DNA of 63,733 nt, counting the filler, from Octopus bimaculoides (Eukaryota), in NCBI RefSeq assembly GCF_001194135.2. It is 6 parts of 6 records of this genome, joined end to end, with 100 filler letters (N's around TTAATTAATTAA, not from the genome) between each part and the next. Parts side by side here need not be neighbours in the genome. Positions count along the whole stretch, not along the records: positions 18,523 to 46,577 come from NC_068994.1; positions 46,678 to 50,899 come from NC_069002.1; positions 51,000 to 56,895 come from NC_069000.1; 3 more parts are not named here. One strand, given 5' to 3'. Positions 37,909-51,467 of the stretch are shown here, one piece after another; position 1 is the first letter of the stretch; each line of letters starts with the position of its first letter. Below the pieces are notes generated by a model. It saw nothing but the letters and a program-made list of their open reading frames with translations. It was not told the origin of the DNA and did not search any database. Both the position numbers and the translations under genes were made by a program.

Positions 37909-38315
37909 CGTAGGAGTGGCTGTGTAGTAAGTAGCTTGCTTACGAACCACATGGTTCCGGGTTCAGTCCCACTGCGTGGCACCTTGGGCAAGTGTCTTCT
38001 ACTATAGCCCCGGGCCGACCAAAGCCTTCTGAGTGGATTTGGTAGACGGAAACTGAAAGAATCCCATCGTATATATGTATATATATATATGTGCGTGTGT
38101 ATGTTTGTGTGTCTGTGTTTGTCCCCCTAACATTGCTTAACAACCAATGCTGGTGTGTTTAGGTCCCCGTAACTTAGCGTTTCGGCAAAAGAGACCGATA
38201 GAATAAGTACTAGACTTACAAAGAATAAGTCCTGGGGTCAATTTGCTCGACTAAAGGCAGTGCTCCAGCATGGCCACAGTCAAATGACTGAAACAAGTAA
38301 AAGAGTAAAAAGAGT
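37909..38315 (+). mobile_element. Young full-length SINE (internal-microsatellite family)
   Basis: All modules intact and many CpGs retained relative to the sister copies. Confidence 0.85.
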
Positions 38316-38635
38316 AGGATAAGTACCAAAATATAAAAAACAAAAAATAAGTACTGAGGTTGATTTGTTCAAATGACCCCATTCAAGGCAGTGCCCCAGT
38401 ATGGTCATAATTGAATCACTGGTGCAAGTAAATAATAAAATGGTAAAGTTACCTGCCTCTCCTATTTTCTTAATCATAGCAGAGTTGATATTTAAGCATA
38501 CAGGAAAATGAGCTTATCCAGGAAGGAGAGGCAGGTACATTAAGTTGTCTGGTAACAGTTAAATAGGTAATAGTATCCCGTCAGCTCAGAAATGGTGAGA
38601 TAAAAGGTATGGTGGTTTTAGAATGGTGTCTCCCA

Positions 38636-38934
38636 TTTATGCGCCCTTTTAAAGCCTAGCCAGGCTCATAGGCTCAGTTTCCCGGTTTCTATGGCGTATG
38701 TGTTCCCCACCCCAGCTGGACGGGATGCCAGTCCATCGCAGCGTTACTCAAGAAATAGGAAGAAAGAGAGAGAGAAAGTTGTGGTGAAAGAGTACAATAG
38801 GGGTCGTCACCACCCCCTGTCGGAGCCTCGTGGAGCATTAGGTGTTTTTGCTCAATAAACACACACAACGCCTGGTCTGGGAATCAAAACCGCGATCCTC
38901 CGACCGTGAGTCCGCTGCCCTAACCACTGGCCAT
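38636..38934 (-). mobile_element. tRNA-derived SINE (fourth family)
   Basis: Clear tRNA-like head on the minus strand: tggccagtggttagggcagcggactc...ggttttgattccc. The ctggacggga(c/t)(g/a)ccagtccatc motif also occurs at about 34770. Confidence 0.75.
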
Positions 38935-41900
38935 TAGGAAATGATAATTTATCCCCACTAGAAACAAAAGGTTTGGAAGCTATGCCCATGGAGCTCTAGA
39001 AATTCTATACTCTTGAGCTCTTGATATCCAGAAACTCTTCGCCCACAACGCTCATAACTTCTATAAAGTGTGACCAACAAAGCTCTCTTCTCTAAATTGC
39101 GTATGATTTAAGTTATCTTACACAGATTCAGAATAAACGATTAAACATGCACAGCAGAGGTTGCCATGTTGGAAAGAAAATAGCCTTTCAATTTAGCTAT
39201 ATTACAAACATGCTACCCAAGGGCACCCTAGACTTATCTTTAATCTTTTCCCTCTTCTTTTCCACCCAAAACTCTCCCCCAAAAAACATATTATCTATAT
39301 TCAAATCTCATCTTAAGCTGCAGTATTTGTAAGCTTCCACTTCATGTCCTGTACTTTTTCAGGCTTAATTAATATTGGTTACAAATTTTGGCACAAGGCC
39401 AGCAATTTTGGGGGAGGGGAAAGTCAATTACATCGACTCCAGTACATGAGCAGTACTTATTTTATTGACCCCGAAAGGACAAAAGACAAAATCAACCTTA
39501 GCAGAATTTGTACTCAGAATGTAGAGGCAGATGAAATGCCACTAAGAATTTTACCCAGCATGCCAATGATTCTGCCAGCTCACCATCTTAGGCTTAATTA
39601 ATATCAATACAGTAAAAAAAACAACATGTTAATGAGATAAAACACAGAAATATAATAGTATAAAAAAAAATATTGTTTTCAAACAGTTTAAATTATAGTT
39701 AAAAAGTAAATTTTATAAGCTGCATAAAAGTAAATGAGGGGAGCCCAAGATGAAGTGTGTGTGTGGGGTGGGGGTGTCATTAAAGCAGCAGAGAATAAAT
39801 TGAATGGTGTCTGGTAGAAAGTAGTACAGCAAGTGTGAGTCAACCAGTTTGAGGCTATAGGTGAAATATCATGTTCACATCCCCTGGAAATACTGGGAGT
39901 TAACCATGCATCTCTAGACAGAATAGGCCCGAAATGTATTCAACATCATCATCACAGACCAAATATCAGATGGTCAGCTTGATGACACTTGGAAGATGTC
40001 ATGTAAAATCTTGCAACTGGCATCTCTCTTTGCTCAATCCATTGCTTTCTTTGCCACTGCCAAATATAATGATTAGAAGGAGAATGACAGAAAAACAAGC
40101 AGAGCAATGACAGTAAACAGCTCCATGTCAAATCGTCCAACCCATGCCAGCATGGAAAGCAGACGTTAAATAATGATGATGATGATGATTTAAAGAACAA
40201 AATAGGTGCAGGCATGGCTGTGAGGTTAAGAAGCTTGCTTCACAACCATGTAGTATGTGGGTCAGTCCCATTCTATATGGCACCTTGGGCAAGTGTCTTC
40301 TGCTATAGCCCTGGGATAACCAAAGCATTGTGAGTGGATTTGGTAGGCAGAAACTGAAAGAAGTCTATCATATATTTGTGTGTGTGTGTGTGCACGCGTG
40401 TGTGTGTTGTGTGCATTGTGTGTGTTTTGTGTGTGTGTGCATGCATGCGTGCATGTGCATGTGTTTATGTGAGTGTGTGCACCCTTGTCTTGATGTCACA
40501 AGATCTTTGTAGATGAGTATCACCATCATAGATGCAATGTTGCTGATTCCCAGTCTTCCATGAAAAACATGTCTGACTATGGGAAATATTAGCTTGCTTT
40601 GAAACAAGTGAGAATTAGCCACAGGAAGAGCATCCAGCCATAGAAAATTTGCCTTAATACATTCTGTCTGACTTATACAAGCATGAAAAAGTAAATGTTA
40701 GATGATGATGAAATTACTAAAACCAAAAAACATTTATAAAACGTTTTAATATGTTTTTAAAATATCTTGAAGTTTTTTTTGCTCCATTGATATTCAGATG
40801 CAAATGATCGTTTTTAAAATCACTTAAAATAAAAATAAGAAATATTTTTTTCATGTTATGAATTTGGCAATGATAAATTTTTAATGCCAAATCCATTAAT
40901 TTATTAAATTCTAATATATTTCATAAATTTTTTCCTAATATAATTCAGAGTCCTAAATTTGGTGCTAATTTCTTGTATCTATTATTTTAATTATTAATTA
41001 TTTGTATTGATTAATTTTTACTATTTGGGATGAGAAAAAAAAAATACAATTCTAAGCCTAACAATTAAAAAATAAATCCTATTTTGAAAACAACAATGAA
41101 ATGTACAATATAATGAGCTTCAACTGATATATTTATACATTAAATCTAAGAATAAACTTACTCTCAATGAATCTTGGCATTTTCATTAAATTTGAATGAG
41201 AAATGATAATATCTTTTGCACTTAAACTTGCACCTAAAATCACTATTTTTTGCACTTAAAAATTGCACTTAAAAATCTGATATTTCTACACATGATATAT
41301 TAAATATAAAGACTTTCAATATATATTTTTTTTAAATCATCAATGCATTGGAAATCTTTCAAGAATGCGAAAAGTTTCAACATGTGCAATGCTACCCTCC
41401 AAATAAATCTTCACCCTGCTCACATCGAGGTGGAACCAAACTAGACTGAACCAAAACCAGTAAAAATTTGGGAACCCAAGCAATGTTAGCCCTCTGCAGT
41501 TTTTAAGTTTATTTACAAAGATTTCAATGTCAAAAAGTTTATTAATGATCACCCACTAATTTGATCACATTTTTGCCCCATAAATCAATTTTGATGCTAT
41601 TTTCAGCACTGGATCCCTTTCACTTATATCTTTTAAGTAAGCCTAAGTACCCTAGTTTTTCTAAAACAACTAAGATATGATGATTTAAAGGTGATATCAG
41701 GTGTAACTCCCTTTCCAGTTTGAAAGCTTTTTGCTCTATGAGTTGCTTTTACTTCACAAATTTTAACTTGGTTTACAGAATTAGATTTGTTTCATCGAGA
41801 CCTTTCAATTATGAGTAATTAGACAATGTTTTGTAAAAAAACAAAAGCTGAGGTATTGTGCTACATGAAGGGTAACTAAGGCAATGGCAACTAGAGCACT

Positions 41901-42526
41901 CAGATGTAGACTGGCAAGTTGACAGTTGCAGCAGCACTTTGAGAATTCACTGGCCATGTAGAGCTTTGAGGCATGTACCCATGTAGACTAACATGAAAGG
42001 AAAAAACAGAGTGGGGACACCTATTCTATTGCAACCTCATCTGATTACCAAGACTTTTATATTTATGGCCATTGCCAGAGGGAATAGAGATATTATGGTT
42101 TAGAGACTTTAAATATGTGTCTTATTTTAATTCAAACTTGACCAGCTTTGGTACAATAAGTTCTTCTCCAATTCACTAATTTGGATATGACTTGACAGAA
42201 TTAGATTCCTCTCATTGATGTTTATTATCTAAGTGTAATTAAAACAAAAACAGTAAAGAAACAAGGAAACTATGTTACTTATAAGTTGCACTAATGGATT
42301 ACTCAACCATTTTTGAATACATATAGCTTACTGTAACTTTTTTCTTTTACCCAACCAATTTTCTATCATGATATCTCAAGAGCACAGATTCTTGTCAATG
42401 AAATTAACCATATTTAATTTAATCAAGAAATGAATTATCTAAAGGCCATAGAAGTAGTCATAAAAGGAAAAATATAATGTTAACCTTAAGAATATCATTT
42501 CCCCATTGCTGTGAGTGTATTTGAAG

Positions 42527-42572
<46 letters not shown>

Positions 42573-42573
42573 G

Positions 42574-42859
42574 AGAAGGAATGACCACTAAGTGGACATC
42601 CATTATACTAGAAATAGATTATTGAGCCTCGGATGGGTTATGTAAGTAAAATATTACATTAATCCATTAATGTGTGAAAACTGGTCTATGATTAATTCGG
42701 TTTTTTTTTGGGGGGGGGGTTGTATATTTTCATTTGTCTTGCCCGTTCATGTTCTGGTGTGCACTGAATTTCCCTAGAGAACATTCTTTTCTTTTGTGGT
42801 TTGACCATATATGGTCTATTTCGAGTATAATGGATGTCCACTTAGTGGTCATCCCTTCT
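42574..42859. mobile_element. 286-bp element with 45-bp terminal inverted repeats, in TA-rich sequence
   Basis: Left arm agaaggaatgaccactaagtggacatccattatactagaaataga versus the reverse complement of the right arm: 2 mismatches in 45. Confidence 0.85.
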
Positions 42860-43332
42860 AATATGTATGCAACATAATTTATATGAATTTTCAGAATTTT
42901 CTTTATGCTAGGCCACTGGTTTTAAATTGGTGTTAATTAAATTGATATCCAATTTATCACCCTTATTATTTAAATTTTATATATATACATATATATATAT
43001 ATATATGTACATACATGCATGGTTTCTGATTTAGGCACATGGTCAAAAGTTTCAAGGGCTGGAGCTTATCTAGAACAAATCTTGCAAGACACTGTTCCTA
43101 ATGTGCTAACAATTCTGCCAGCTTCCCACCGTTAACAGTCTTTGATTTTGGTACAAGGACAACCAGTTTCAAGGGGAAGAGAGGTTAGTTGATTATATCA
43201 ATCGCAGTATTTGACTTGTAGTTTATTGATCCTAGATAGATGAAAGACAAAGCTAGCCACAGCAGGGTTCAAACTGAAAATGCTGCAAGATTATTTTGTC
43301 CAAAGCTCAAACAATTCCATCAACCCACTACC

Positions 43333-43382
<50 letters not shown>

Positions 43383-43386
<4 letters not shown>

Positions 43387-43600
43387 CCCTTGTACTAAAG
43401 GTACAAGGCCTGAAATTTTGTGAGGAGGGAACCAATCAATTACATTGACCCCCAGTAATTCACTGGTACTTAATTTATCGACACTGAAAGGATGAAAGAA
43501 AAGTCGACCTTGGTGGAGTTTGAACTCAGAATGTAAAGACAGATGAAAGGCCACTAACTATTTTGCCCAGTGCACTAAAGAGTTTGCCAGTTCACTGCCT
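43383..43600 (-). mobile_element. (ATT)n-family SINE between (AAT)n runs
   Basis: Same head and core as 62925-63145. Confidence 0.8.
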
Positions 43601-43627
43601 TCCCAATACTACTACTACTACTACTAC

Positions 43628-43658
<31 letters not shown>

Positions 43659-43699
43659 CATAATCCTTCCAGTTGTAGGCACAGGGCCTGAAATCTTTA

Positions 43700-43960
43700 A
43701 GGTGGCGAGCTGGCAGAATCATCAGCACACCTGGCAGAATCATCAGCACACCTGGCAAAATCATCAGCACACCTGGCAAAGTGCTTAGTGACGTTTCATT
43801 CATCTTTATGTTCTGAGTTCAAATTCTGTCAAAGCCAACTTTATTTTTCATTCTTTTGGTATCAATAAAATAAATACCACTTGAGCACTGTGGTCAATGT
43901 AACCAACTTAGTCCCTACCCTGAAATTGCTGGCCTTGTGCCAAAATTTGAAACCATTATT
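43700..43960 (+). mobile_element. (ATT)n-family SINE with a triplicated 21-bp head segment
   Basis: ggca(g/a)aatcatcagcacacct x3, then B box gagttcaaatt and tail gccaaaatttgaaaccattatt. Confidence 0.8.
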
Positions 43961-44470
43961 CAGGCTGAAAGGCATGAGGACAGATACATTCCTCTTTGGT
44001 AGAGCTCTCATTGACTTCAAATTTCACTTGCAAAGGAAACTGAGAGGAGTGGAGATGGAAGTGCTGTCCTGAAGTGAGTTTACTGAAAAGTGGGTGAAAG
44101 TTGCGAAAATGGCAAGAATAGACGGTACCTCTCTAAGTGTAGAACGGTGAGTCAGAGAGAAGGAATTGGAGAGGGCACTTACTCCTGGGGTTTCAGGGAA
44201 ATCTCAGACAGTGGGGTTCCTCACTTATCCCTAGAGGCCTTCCTGTATCAGGAGAGCCACACCTCTATCATCCTCCTGGCCCTATTTTTCTTTTAACCTT
44301 TGTATGCTATGCATATGTCCCTTCTCTTTTAGTGTATACTGTGTATACTTAATTTCTTTCTTTCTTTCCAATTTTTCTTTTTATCATCTCATTATATGCA
44401 AACTCCCACACTTTATGTCTGTCTTTGTATTGCCCCTCATCCCTTGCCCTTGTGGTGAATAAATGAAATC
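43961..44470 (+). mobile_element. 5'-truncated Tx1/L1-like LINE 3' end (ORF2 C-terminus plus 3' UTR)
   Basis: Translation RLKGMRTDTFLFGRALIDFKFHLQRKLRGVEMEVLS*SEFTEKWVKVAKMARIDG resembles a Tx1-type ORF2 C-terminus (from recall). T-rich UTR, AATAAA at 44458-44463, then (ATT)n. Confidence 0.7.
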
Positions 44471-44503
44471 ATTACTATCATTATTATTATTATTATTATT
44501 ATT

Positions 44504-44834
44504 AAGGAAAGTGAGAGTGGAGAGGAAAGTGCTGCCTCTTTGTAATTGTTTTAAAAGGTGGGTGAATGTTGCGACAATAGTCCAAGTGAATGGGTCTACT
44601 CTAAGCATGATGCGAAGGATGATGTGAAGAGGATACTTCCCTAGTGGTCAAAGTGACTGTGATTTTGTGGAGTCTCCATGAACAGCCCTAGGAAGTCTCC
44701 CACTTTTTGGGGGAATCATTCATTGTTACAATTTTATATTGTTACTGCTTTTTAAAAAAATCTTACATGCTTTTATATAACCCCACATTGTAGTCCTGTA
44801 CATATATTTTGTGAATAGGGATTAATAAAGAAAA

Positions 44835-44835
<1 letters not shown>
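44504..44835 (+). mobile_element. Second, diverged Tx1/L1-like 3' end
   Basis: RKVRVERKVLPLCNCFKRWVNVATIVQVNG aligns with the previous fragment, but the UTR is different. AATAAA at 44824-44829, then (ATT)n. Confidence 0.7.
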
Positions 44836-44920
<85 letters not shown>

Positions 44921-44928
44921 TGATTATT

Positions 44929-45150
44929 AAGGTGGTGGGTTTGCAGAATTGTTAGCGTGTTGAGCAAAATGCTTAGCAGCATTTCATCTAGCTTTACATT
45001 CTGAGTTCAAATTCCACTGAGGTCAACTTTGCCTTTCATCTTTGCAGGGTCAATAAAATAAGTACCAGTTGTACACTGGGGCTGATGTTAGCAACTTATC
45101 ACTTCCCTCGAATTTGCTGGCCTTGTGCCAAAATTTGAAACCATTATTAA
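44929..45150 (+). mobile_element. (ATT)n-family SINE flanked by (ATT)n/(AGT)n
   Basis: Head aaggtggtgggtttgcagaattgttagc, B box, core and tail all present. Confidence 0.8.
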
Positions 45151-46540
45151 TATTATCATCATTATTATTATCATTATTATTATTATTATCATTATTATCA
45201 TTATTATTATCATTATTATTTCTTTAATGTCTCTTGGAAACTTGGCATGAGAATCATTTGCAAAATGCCATTCAGTGAAAGTGGGGGTGGGGTTACACTG
45301 AGCTATGCTACAATAGCCTGGGAATCACAGATATTGATGTTCAAGGTTAACAAACAAATGCTGTTGTGGGTCAGAATGCCCTAACATAACTTCCAGTCTC
45401 AGAAACCCGACAAAAGGGTTCATGGATACTGCCCTTCTTCCTTCTCTGACTAAGCCAGGAATTAAAAAAAAAAACAGAAATAAAACACTGTAGTGCCTGC
45501 ACAACTCACCAACATCAAGGAACTCACCATTACCACTAATGCTCCAACTATTACTACCAGACACCAAGTTAATCATAAGCTGTAATATTCCCAATATATT
45601 CCCACAAAGAAATTTTGTCATTTCATTTATATTTTTATAGTTTCAATAATATATTCTAAATTGAGATTTTTTTTTACATAATTAATATAGAGTTATTATA
45701 TAATCAATAAAGTATTAGGTGGTGAGAGGTAAGATGTATAATTAATAATGAGTGCACATACAGTTATTTGCAGATGTGAAGGGATGACGGCAACATTAAA
45801 AATAATGAACATTTATAAATTAATAAGGGTCTCCTTCCAAGGGCTTCAAAAAGGGACCAGCATGTAATTAATGCAGAAATGATATATAATTTAATATCAG
45901 AGAACTACATTAAAATGAATTCACATTAAAAATGGTATATAATTAATACTCGAAATATTATGAATTTTATCATAGATAGATGGTTGTATATAATTCATTG
46001 CACATAAGAGCTTTTCTAATGTATATGTACATTAGAAAAAATATAACACACACACATATATATATAAACACATACACATATATCATGATATACAAATATA
46101 TACGTTTTATATATGTACTCTATATATATGTTTTATGTGTACATATAGGTGCAGGAGTGGCTGTGTGGTAAGAAGCTTGCTTCCCAACCGCATAGTCCCG
46201 CTGCATGGCATCTTGGGCACATGTCTTCTACTATAGCCTCAGGCCGACCAAAGCCTTGTGAGTGGATTTGGTAAACGAAAACTGAAAGAAGCCCATCATA
46301 TGTATATGCATGTGTGTGTGTATTTGTGTGTCTGTGTATCTGTGTTTGTCTCCTCATCATCGCTTGACAACTGATGTTGGAGTGTTTACCTCCCCGTAAC
46401 TTAGCGGTTCAGCAAAAGTACTGATAGAATAAGTACTAGGCTTACAAAGGATAAGTCCTGGAGTTGATTTGTTCGACTAAAGGTGGTGTTCAAGTATGAC
46501 TGTAGTCAAAAGACTGAAACAACTAAAATGTATATATATG

Positions 46541-46577
<37 letters not shown>

Positions 46578-48747
46578 NNNNNNNNNNNNNNNNNNNNNNN
46601 NNNNNNNNNNNNNNNNNNNNNTTAATTAATTAANNNNNNNNNNNNNNNNNNNNNNNNNNNNNNNNNNNNNNNNNNNNTAAATTTTTCTATAAATACCTTT
46701 CGCATGGTGTAGATTCCGATTAAATTGGAATTTAATGTGAAAAGAGAAATAAAATGGAGAGAGGTTAGCAGATATTTCATGCACTTTGACCTTATTACCT
46801 CATGTTTTGATGTAGAATAAATTACGTTGCAAAAAAAAACCCCCAAACAAACAAGAAAAGAACAATTAATTTGAAGAAATATTCCCAGAGCCAGTTTTAA
46901 GCTAATTAGACTGATTTGTTCAAACTGGGCCCCACCAAGAGATGCCCCCCCCCCGTGCACACGCTCGAGTGGAGGACCCTCTGATGGACTTTTAGTATTA
47001 CATTGTGAATAATATTGGAACCTCGAGTCCTCAACGCATTTTGGCTGCGACTGGCGTACTACATGAAGCATAAAAGATCAATCTTCAACTTCAGTAGAGT
47101 AGACAATTCTCTAATTGGGTCTCAAACTTCCTCGCACCGTCCTTAACAGTTTTTCCATTTTCCTTCTGAAATTTGTTAAATGAATATTTAAAAAAAAAAT
47201 AAAACTAAAGTTTTCCAAAGTTGGCTGGGACGGAGGATATGCTGCTGTAGTTATACCAAACATTCTCGTCTTTCTTTCATTCTGAGTTAATACACACAAA
47301 TGCAAGCTTACATGTGCATGCTTAAGGATATTTTACTTCGTACATATTTACCTCTGTATAATGTGATTTTGTATTATTTATATATCATATATACAAACGT
47401 GTTATATATGTAATAAAACTCCTTTACTATTTGTTAACAGACGTTCATACTGAATTCTACTGTTCATGCTTATTTTATTTGTTGTTGATCAATGTTAGTT
47501 ATGAGAATGAATATTGCACTTCGTTTTTGTATTCGGTTGGCAAAATTCTTTATGTGAATTCGTGTGTTGAAACAAATTTTGCTGTGTCTAGGGTGAGTCA
47601 TTATGCCAATATTAACACACGCACTGGTTCAATTCCACTCTTTTATTATTGGTCAATTGTTTAAATACCCAACTAGTTAATCAATTGTTTGTTTAATTTG
47701 GTTAAACAGTAAGCCGTTTTTGTTTTTGTTTGTCAAAACTTTCGTTGCTACTTGCAACTTTTTCATTGAATAAAAGGAATGAAATTGAACCAGTGCATGT
47801 GTTAATAATATTGGCATAATGACTTTCCCTAGACACAACAAAATGTTGCGTTTATTTTATAAGAATTTAGAAAAATCGAGAGATAGCATGTAGGAAATTA
47901 AGTTTGAAAAAAAGACCCTATCCCCACCACCGGATGGGAAAAAAATAATTAGAAAGCTGCCTATGAAATCTGAACCTACATCTGCTGTAAACATACAAGC
48001 CATTTGACCAAATAAATATTTTGATTTATTGTCAGCCATTTAAGAAGCTTTATCCTTTTAACTGAGAATTGTAAATTGTTTATTTACACTAAGAATTCAG
48101 ACAACTTTCGCATAGATAGATAGGTAGGTNNNNNNNNNNNNNNNNNNNNNNNNNNNNNNNNNNNNNNNNNNNNNNNNNNNNNNNNNNNNNNNNNNNNNNN
48201 NNNNNNNNNNNNNNNNNNNNNNNNNNNNNNNNNNNNNNNNNNNNNNNNNNNNNNNNNNNNNNNNNNNNNNNNNNNNNNNNNNNNNNNNNNNNNNNNNNNN
48301 NNNNNNNNNNNNNNNNNNNNNNNNNNNNNNNNNNNNNNNNNNNNNNNNNNNNNNNNNNNNNNNNNNNNNNNNNNNNNNNNNNNNNNNNNNNNNNNNNNNN
48401 NNNNNNNNNNNNNNNNNNNNNNNNNNNNNNNNNNNNNNNNNNNNNNNNNNNNNNNNNNNNNNNNNNNNNNNNNNNNNNNNNNNNNNNNNNNNNNNNNNNN
48501 NNNNNNNNNNNNNNNNNNNNNNNNNNNNNNNNNNNNNNNNNNNNNNNNNNNNNNNNNNNNNNNNNNNNNNNNNNNNNNNNNNNNNNNNNNNNNNNNNNNN
48601 NNNNNNNNNNNNACCAAAATACAAAATTTTTATATTTTATCAAAACCCTAAATATCCTTTCTACAAAATACACAGGACCTGAAATTTCAGTAGGAGGGGA
48701 TATTGTTACTGAAAGGATGAAAGGCAAAATTGGCTTTGGTGAAATTT

Positions 48748-48948
48748 GATCGAAGTGCCATTTGACCGCTATTGGAGGGGGGGAGGAGGTCGACGAAGTA
48801 AGTGCCCTTTGAGCGCTGGGGGGAGGGAAGGTCGACGAAGTAAGTGCTGTTTGACTGCTCGGGGTGAGGTTGACAAAGTAAGTGCCGTTTGACCGCTGGG
48901 GGTGGGGAGGTCGACGAAGTAAGTACCATTTGACCCCTGGGATTGATG
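48748..48948 (+). repeat. About 5 degenerate copies of a ~40-bp unit (ggtcgacgaagtaagtgccatttgaccgctggg) inside a SINE
   Basis: Direct reading. The unit corresponds to the SINE core ggggtcgataaaataagtaccagttga.cactgggg. Confidence 0.85.
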
Positions 48949-50840
48949 TAATTGACCTACCCACGTCCCCAAATTTGCTGGCCTTGTGCCAAGATTTTAA
49001 ACCAATATTTTGCATACAAGATTTCTGCACTCCACACTTTTTATTCTAAATTGTTCGGGTGATTGTTTAAAATGTGCATCATTGTCATACAAATGGTGTT
49101 TGTTTCTGCAGTCTTCTAGGAAAAAAGGAATGTCTGGCGATGGGAAAATATTACCTTGCTTGAAAACAGTTGAGGGTTAGTGACAGGAAGGACATCCAGC
49201 TGTAGACATTCTGCCTCACCAAATGCAATTTTGGATGAGACATACATAACAATTTGGAGTAATTATATATCGAAACAGAAAACTGGGAAAAGACATGGAA
49301 TTAAAAATATTCACTATTTTTCTGGTCTTCTGTTTTAATCCATTACCTACCAGTGATTTCATATGAGATCACTTAAAAATTACAAATTTTGTAATTATCT
49401 GTCAATATTTACACATATCTAACCTTTTTGCTATATCTACTAGGTATATTTCTCTTATATTCAAATGAGGTTTGCTAATTTTTCACCCAATATCTCGCTT
49501 ATTTCTATTTAAAATGTTATTTTGAAATGTTATTTTGATCATTCCAGCGTGTCTCTAAAGCTGTTTTATGCTAGAAATCAAAGTTTCATAAAAAAATTCC
49601 AGTTAATAAAATTATGGGAGGTAATGGGTTAATATATCATCATCATCATCATCATTTAATGTTTGTTTTCTATGCTGGCATGGGTTGGATGATTTGCTAG
49701 GAGCTGGCTAGTCAGAGAGCTGCACCAGGTTTGGTCTGTTCTGGCATGGTTTCTGTGGCTGGATGCTCTTCTTAATGGAAACCACTTTACAGAGTGTACT
49801 GGGTGCTTTTGACATGGCACTAGCACCAATGATTTATATGTGACACCAGCACAGGTGCTTTTACATGGCACCAGCATGGGCATTTTTTATGTAGTACTAG
49901 CACGTTTTGATCTATCTATCTATCTATCTACCTCTTTCTATCTACCTACCTACCTATATCTATCTATCTACCTACCTACCTATCTATCTATCTATCTACC
50001 TACATATATCTATCTATCTATCTATCTGCACACACACACACACACACACACAGGCTTCTTTCACAAAGCCTTAAAAGCCTTAGTTGAACTTTTGGCTATG
50101 GATGACAATTACTTGAGGTGACGTGCATTGGGGATGAAGCAGAAACCATGCTACTGGGTTGCAAAGTTCCCAAATACATAACCACAGTTATATACTTAAA
50201 AACAAGAGAGATTCTTTTCAGATATGTTTATTTTAAAAATAGACAGAGAACACAAAGAAATTTTATATCATATTAAGATTGAAAATGGGAGGAGAGAAAC
50301 ATGGCCAGAAAAATAATTTTTCTTCTATTACAGTTATTCTTCTTATAATAATAATAAGAAAAGGAAGGCTGAATTGTAACAGAAGATAAAATGCCGGGAG
50401 ATGATCAGAAGATATGAAATAAATAGTATGAATATTTATCATGTTAGTGGTTGCTAAATAACATTACTCTAATCATAACAAGCTAACTTGACATTTATTG
50501 CTATTATAATTCCACAAGTTGTAAGAATAGTTCTACTTAAAGTCTGGCCGTATCATCTTCACACAAAAAGCTTTTCACGCAGCCATCTTGTTCTTTCTTT
50601 CTTTCTGTCTTTCTTCTTTCCTTCCTTCCTTTATCACTCCCCCTCCCCCAGCTACATATGTACCCCACCACCACAAATATTTAGTTTGTTGAATACTTAA
50701 ATTTCCCTGAATAAAAATATTTTTCCTGAATTTAATTTGACTTTATATATTTTAATTTTTGGCATTTTGTAAACAAGTTTTTACTGCAGTATTCTTATTT
50801 ATTCAATTACCTTCTGATGTGTGTGTATGTAGACATATAC

Positions 50841-50899
<59 letters not shown>

Positions 50900-50943
50900 N
50901 NNNNNNNNNNNNNNNNNNNNNNNNNNNNNNNNNNNNNNNNNNN

Positions 50944-50955
50944 TTAATTAATTAA
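50944..50955. other. Assembly gap spacer TTAATTAATTAA (also at 18467, 46622, 56940, 62225)
   Basis: An identical 12-mer with stops in all six frames, centred in N runs of about 100 bp. Confidence 0.9.
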
Positions 50956-50999
50956 NNNNNNNNNNNNNNNNNNNNNNNNNNNNNNNNNNNNNNNNNNNN

Positions 51000-51341
51000 G
51001 AACCTCACCTCAACCGTATCGAACTTTCTTCCTCTGTTGATGTACGTGGCTTCATTGACAATTTCACCCAGGCACTCCTCGATTTCTTCTTCCGTCACCA
51101 TTTCAATTTTACCGGTTTCGACAGCCTGTGTACGATACACTACTGTCCTCAGAATCTTATTTTCTTTAGTCTCTTTTGGGGGACACAATTTGTATGAGTC
51201 TCCCTCAACTTCTATCAAATTCCTGCTTCTGGTCACCTCTTCCATATCCAACTTGATTAACTTGGTTTCCAGCGGCACTGGTTTCCTCACCGCAGTGGCC
51301 TTGGCGTAGCTCTCCATACTGGAGACACTACCACTTGCCAT
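51000..51341 (-). CDS. ORF1-like protein of element A, partial (MASGSVSSMESYAKA...TYINRGRKFDTVEVRF)
   Basis: Stop-free from the ATG to the gap. SYAxA motif and an RRM-like TYIxxG...VxVxF segment shared with element B. Confidence 0.7.
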
Positions 51342-51467
51342 AGCTGGGGAAAATGCAGCAGCTCACGTGAAATACAACCGTAATAATTCCACAAAAATCC
51401 CAATTATTCACCGAGACAGTTTTCACAAAGTAACACAACAGTATTAACAATAATTCACAGAGCCGTT
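51000..51467 (-). mobile_element. Retroelement A: 5' UTR and N-terminal part of a Tx1/L1-like ORF1; 3' part lost in a gap
   Basis: Homologous to element B in both 5' UTR and protein; abuts a SINE head at 51468-51521. Confidence 0.75.

Noticed and set aside
37909-37985. tRNA-like sequences as real tRNA genes
   Set aside because: They run straight into SINE bodies, lack a complete cloverleaf, and are multicopy and diverged.
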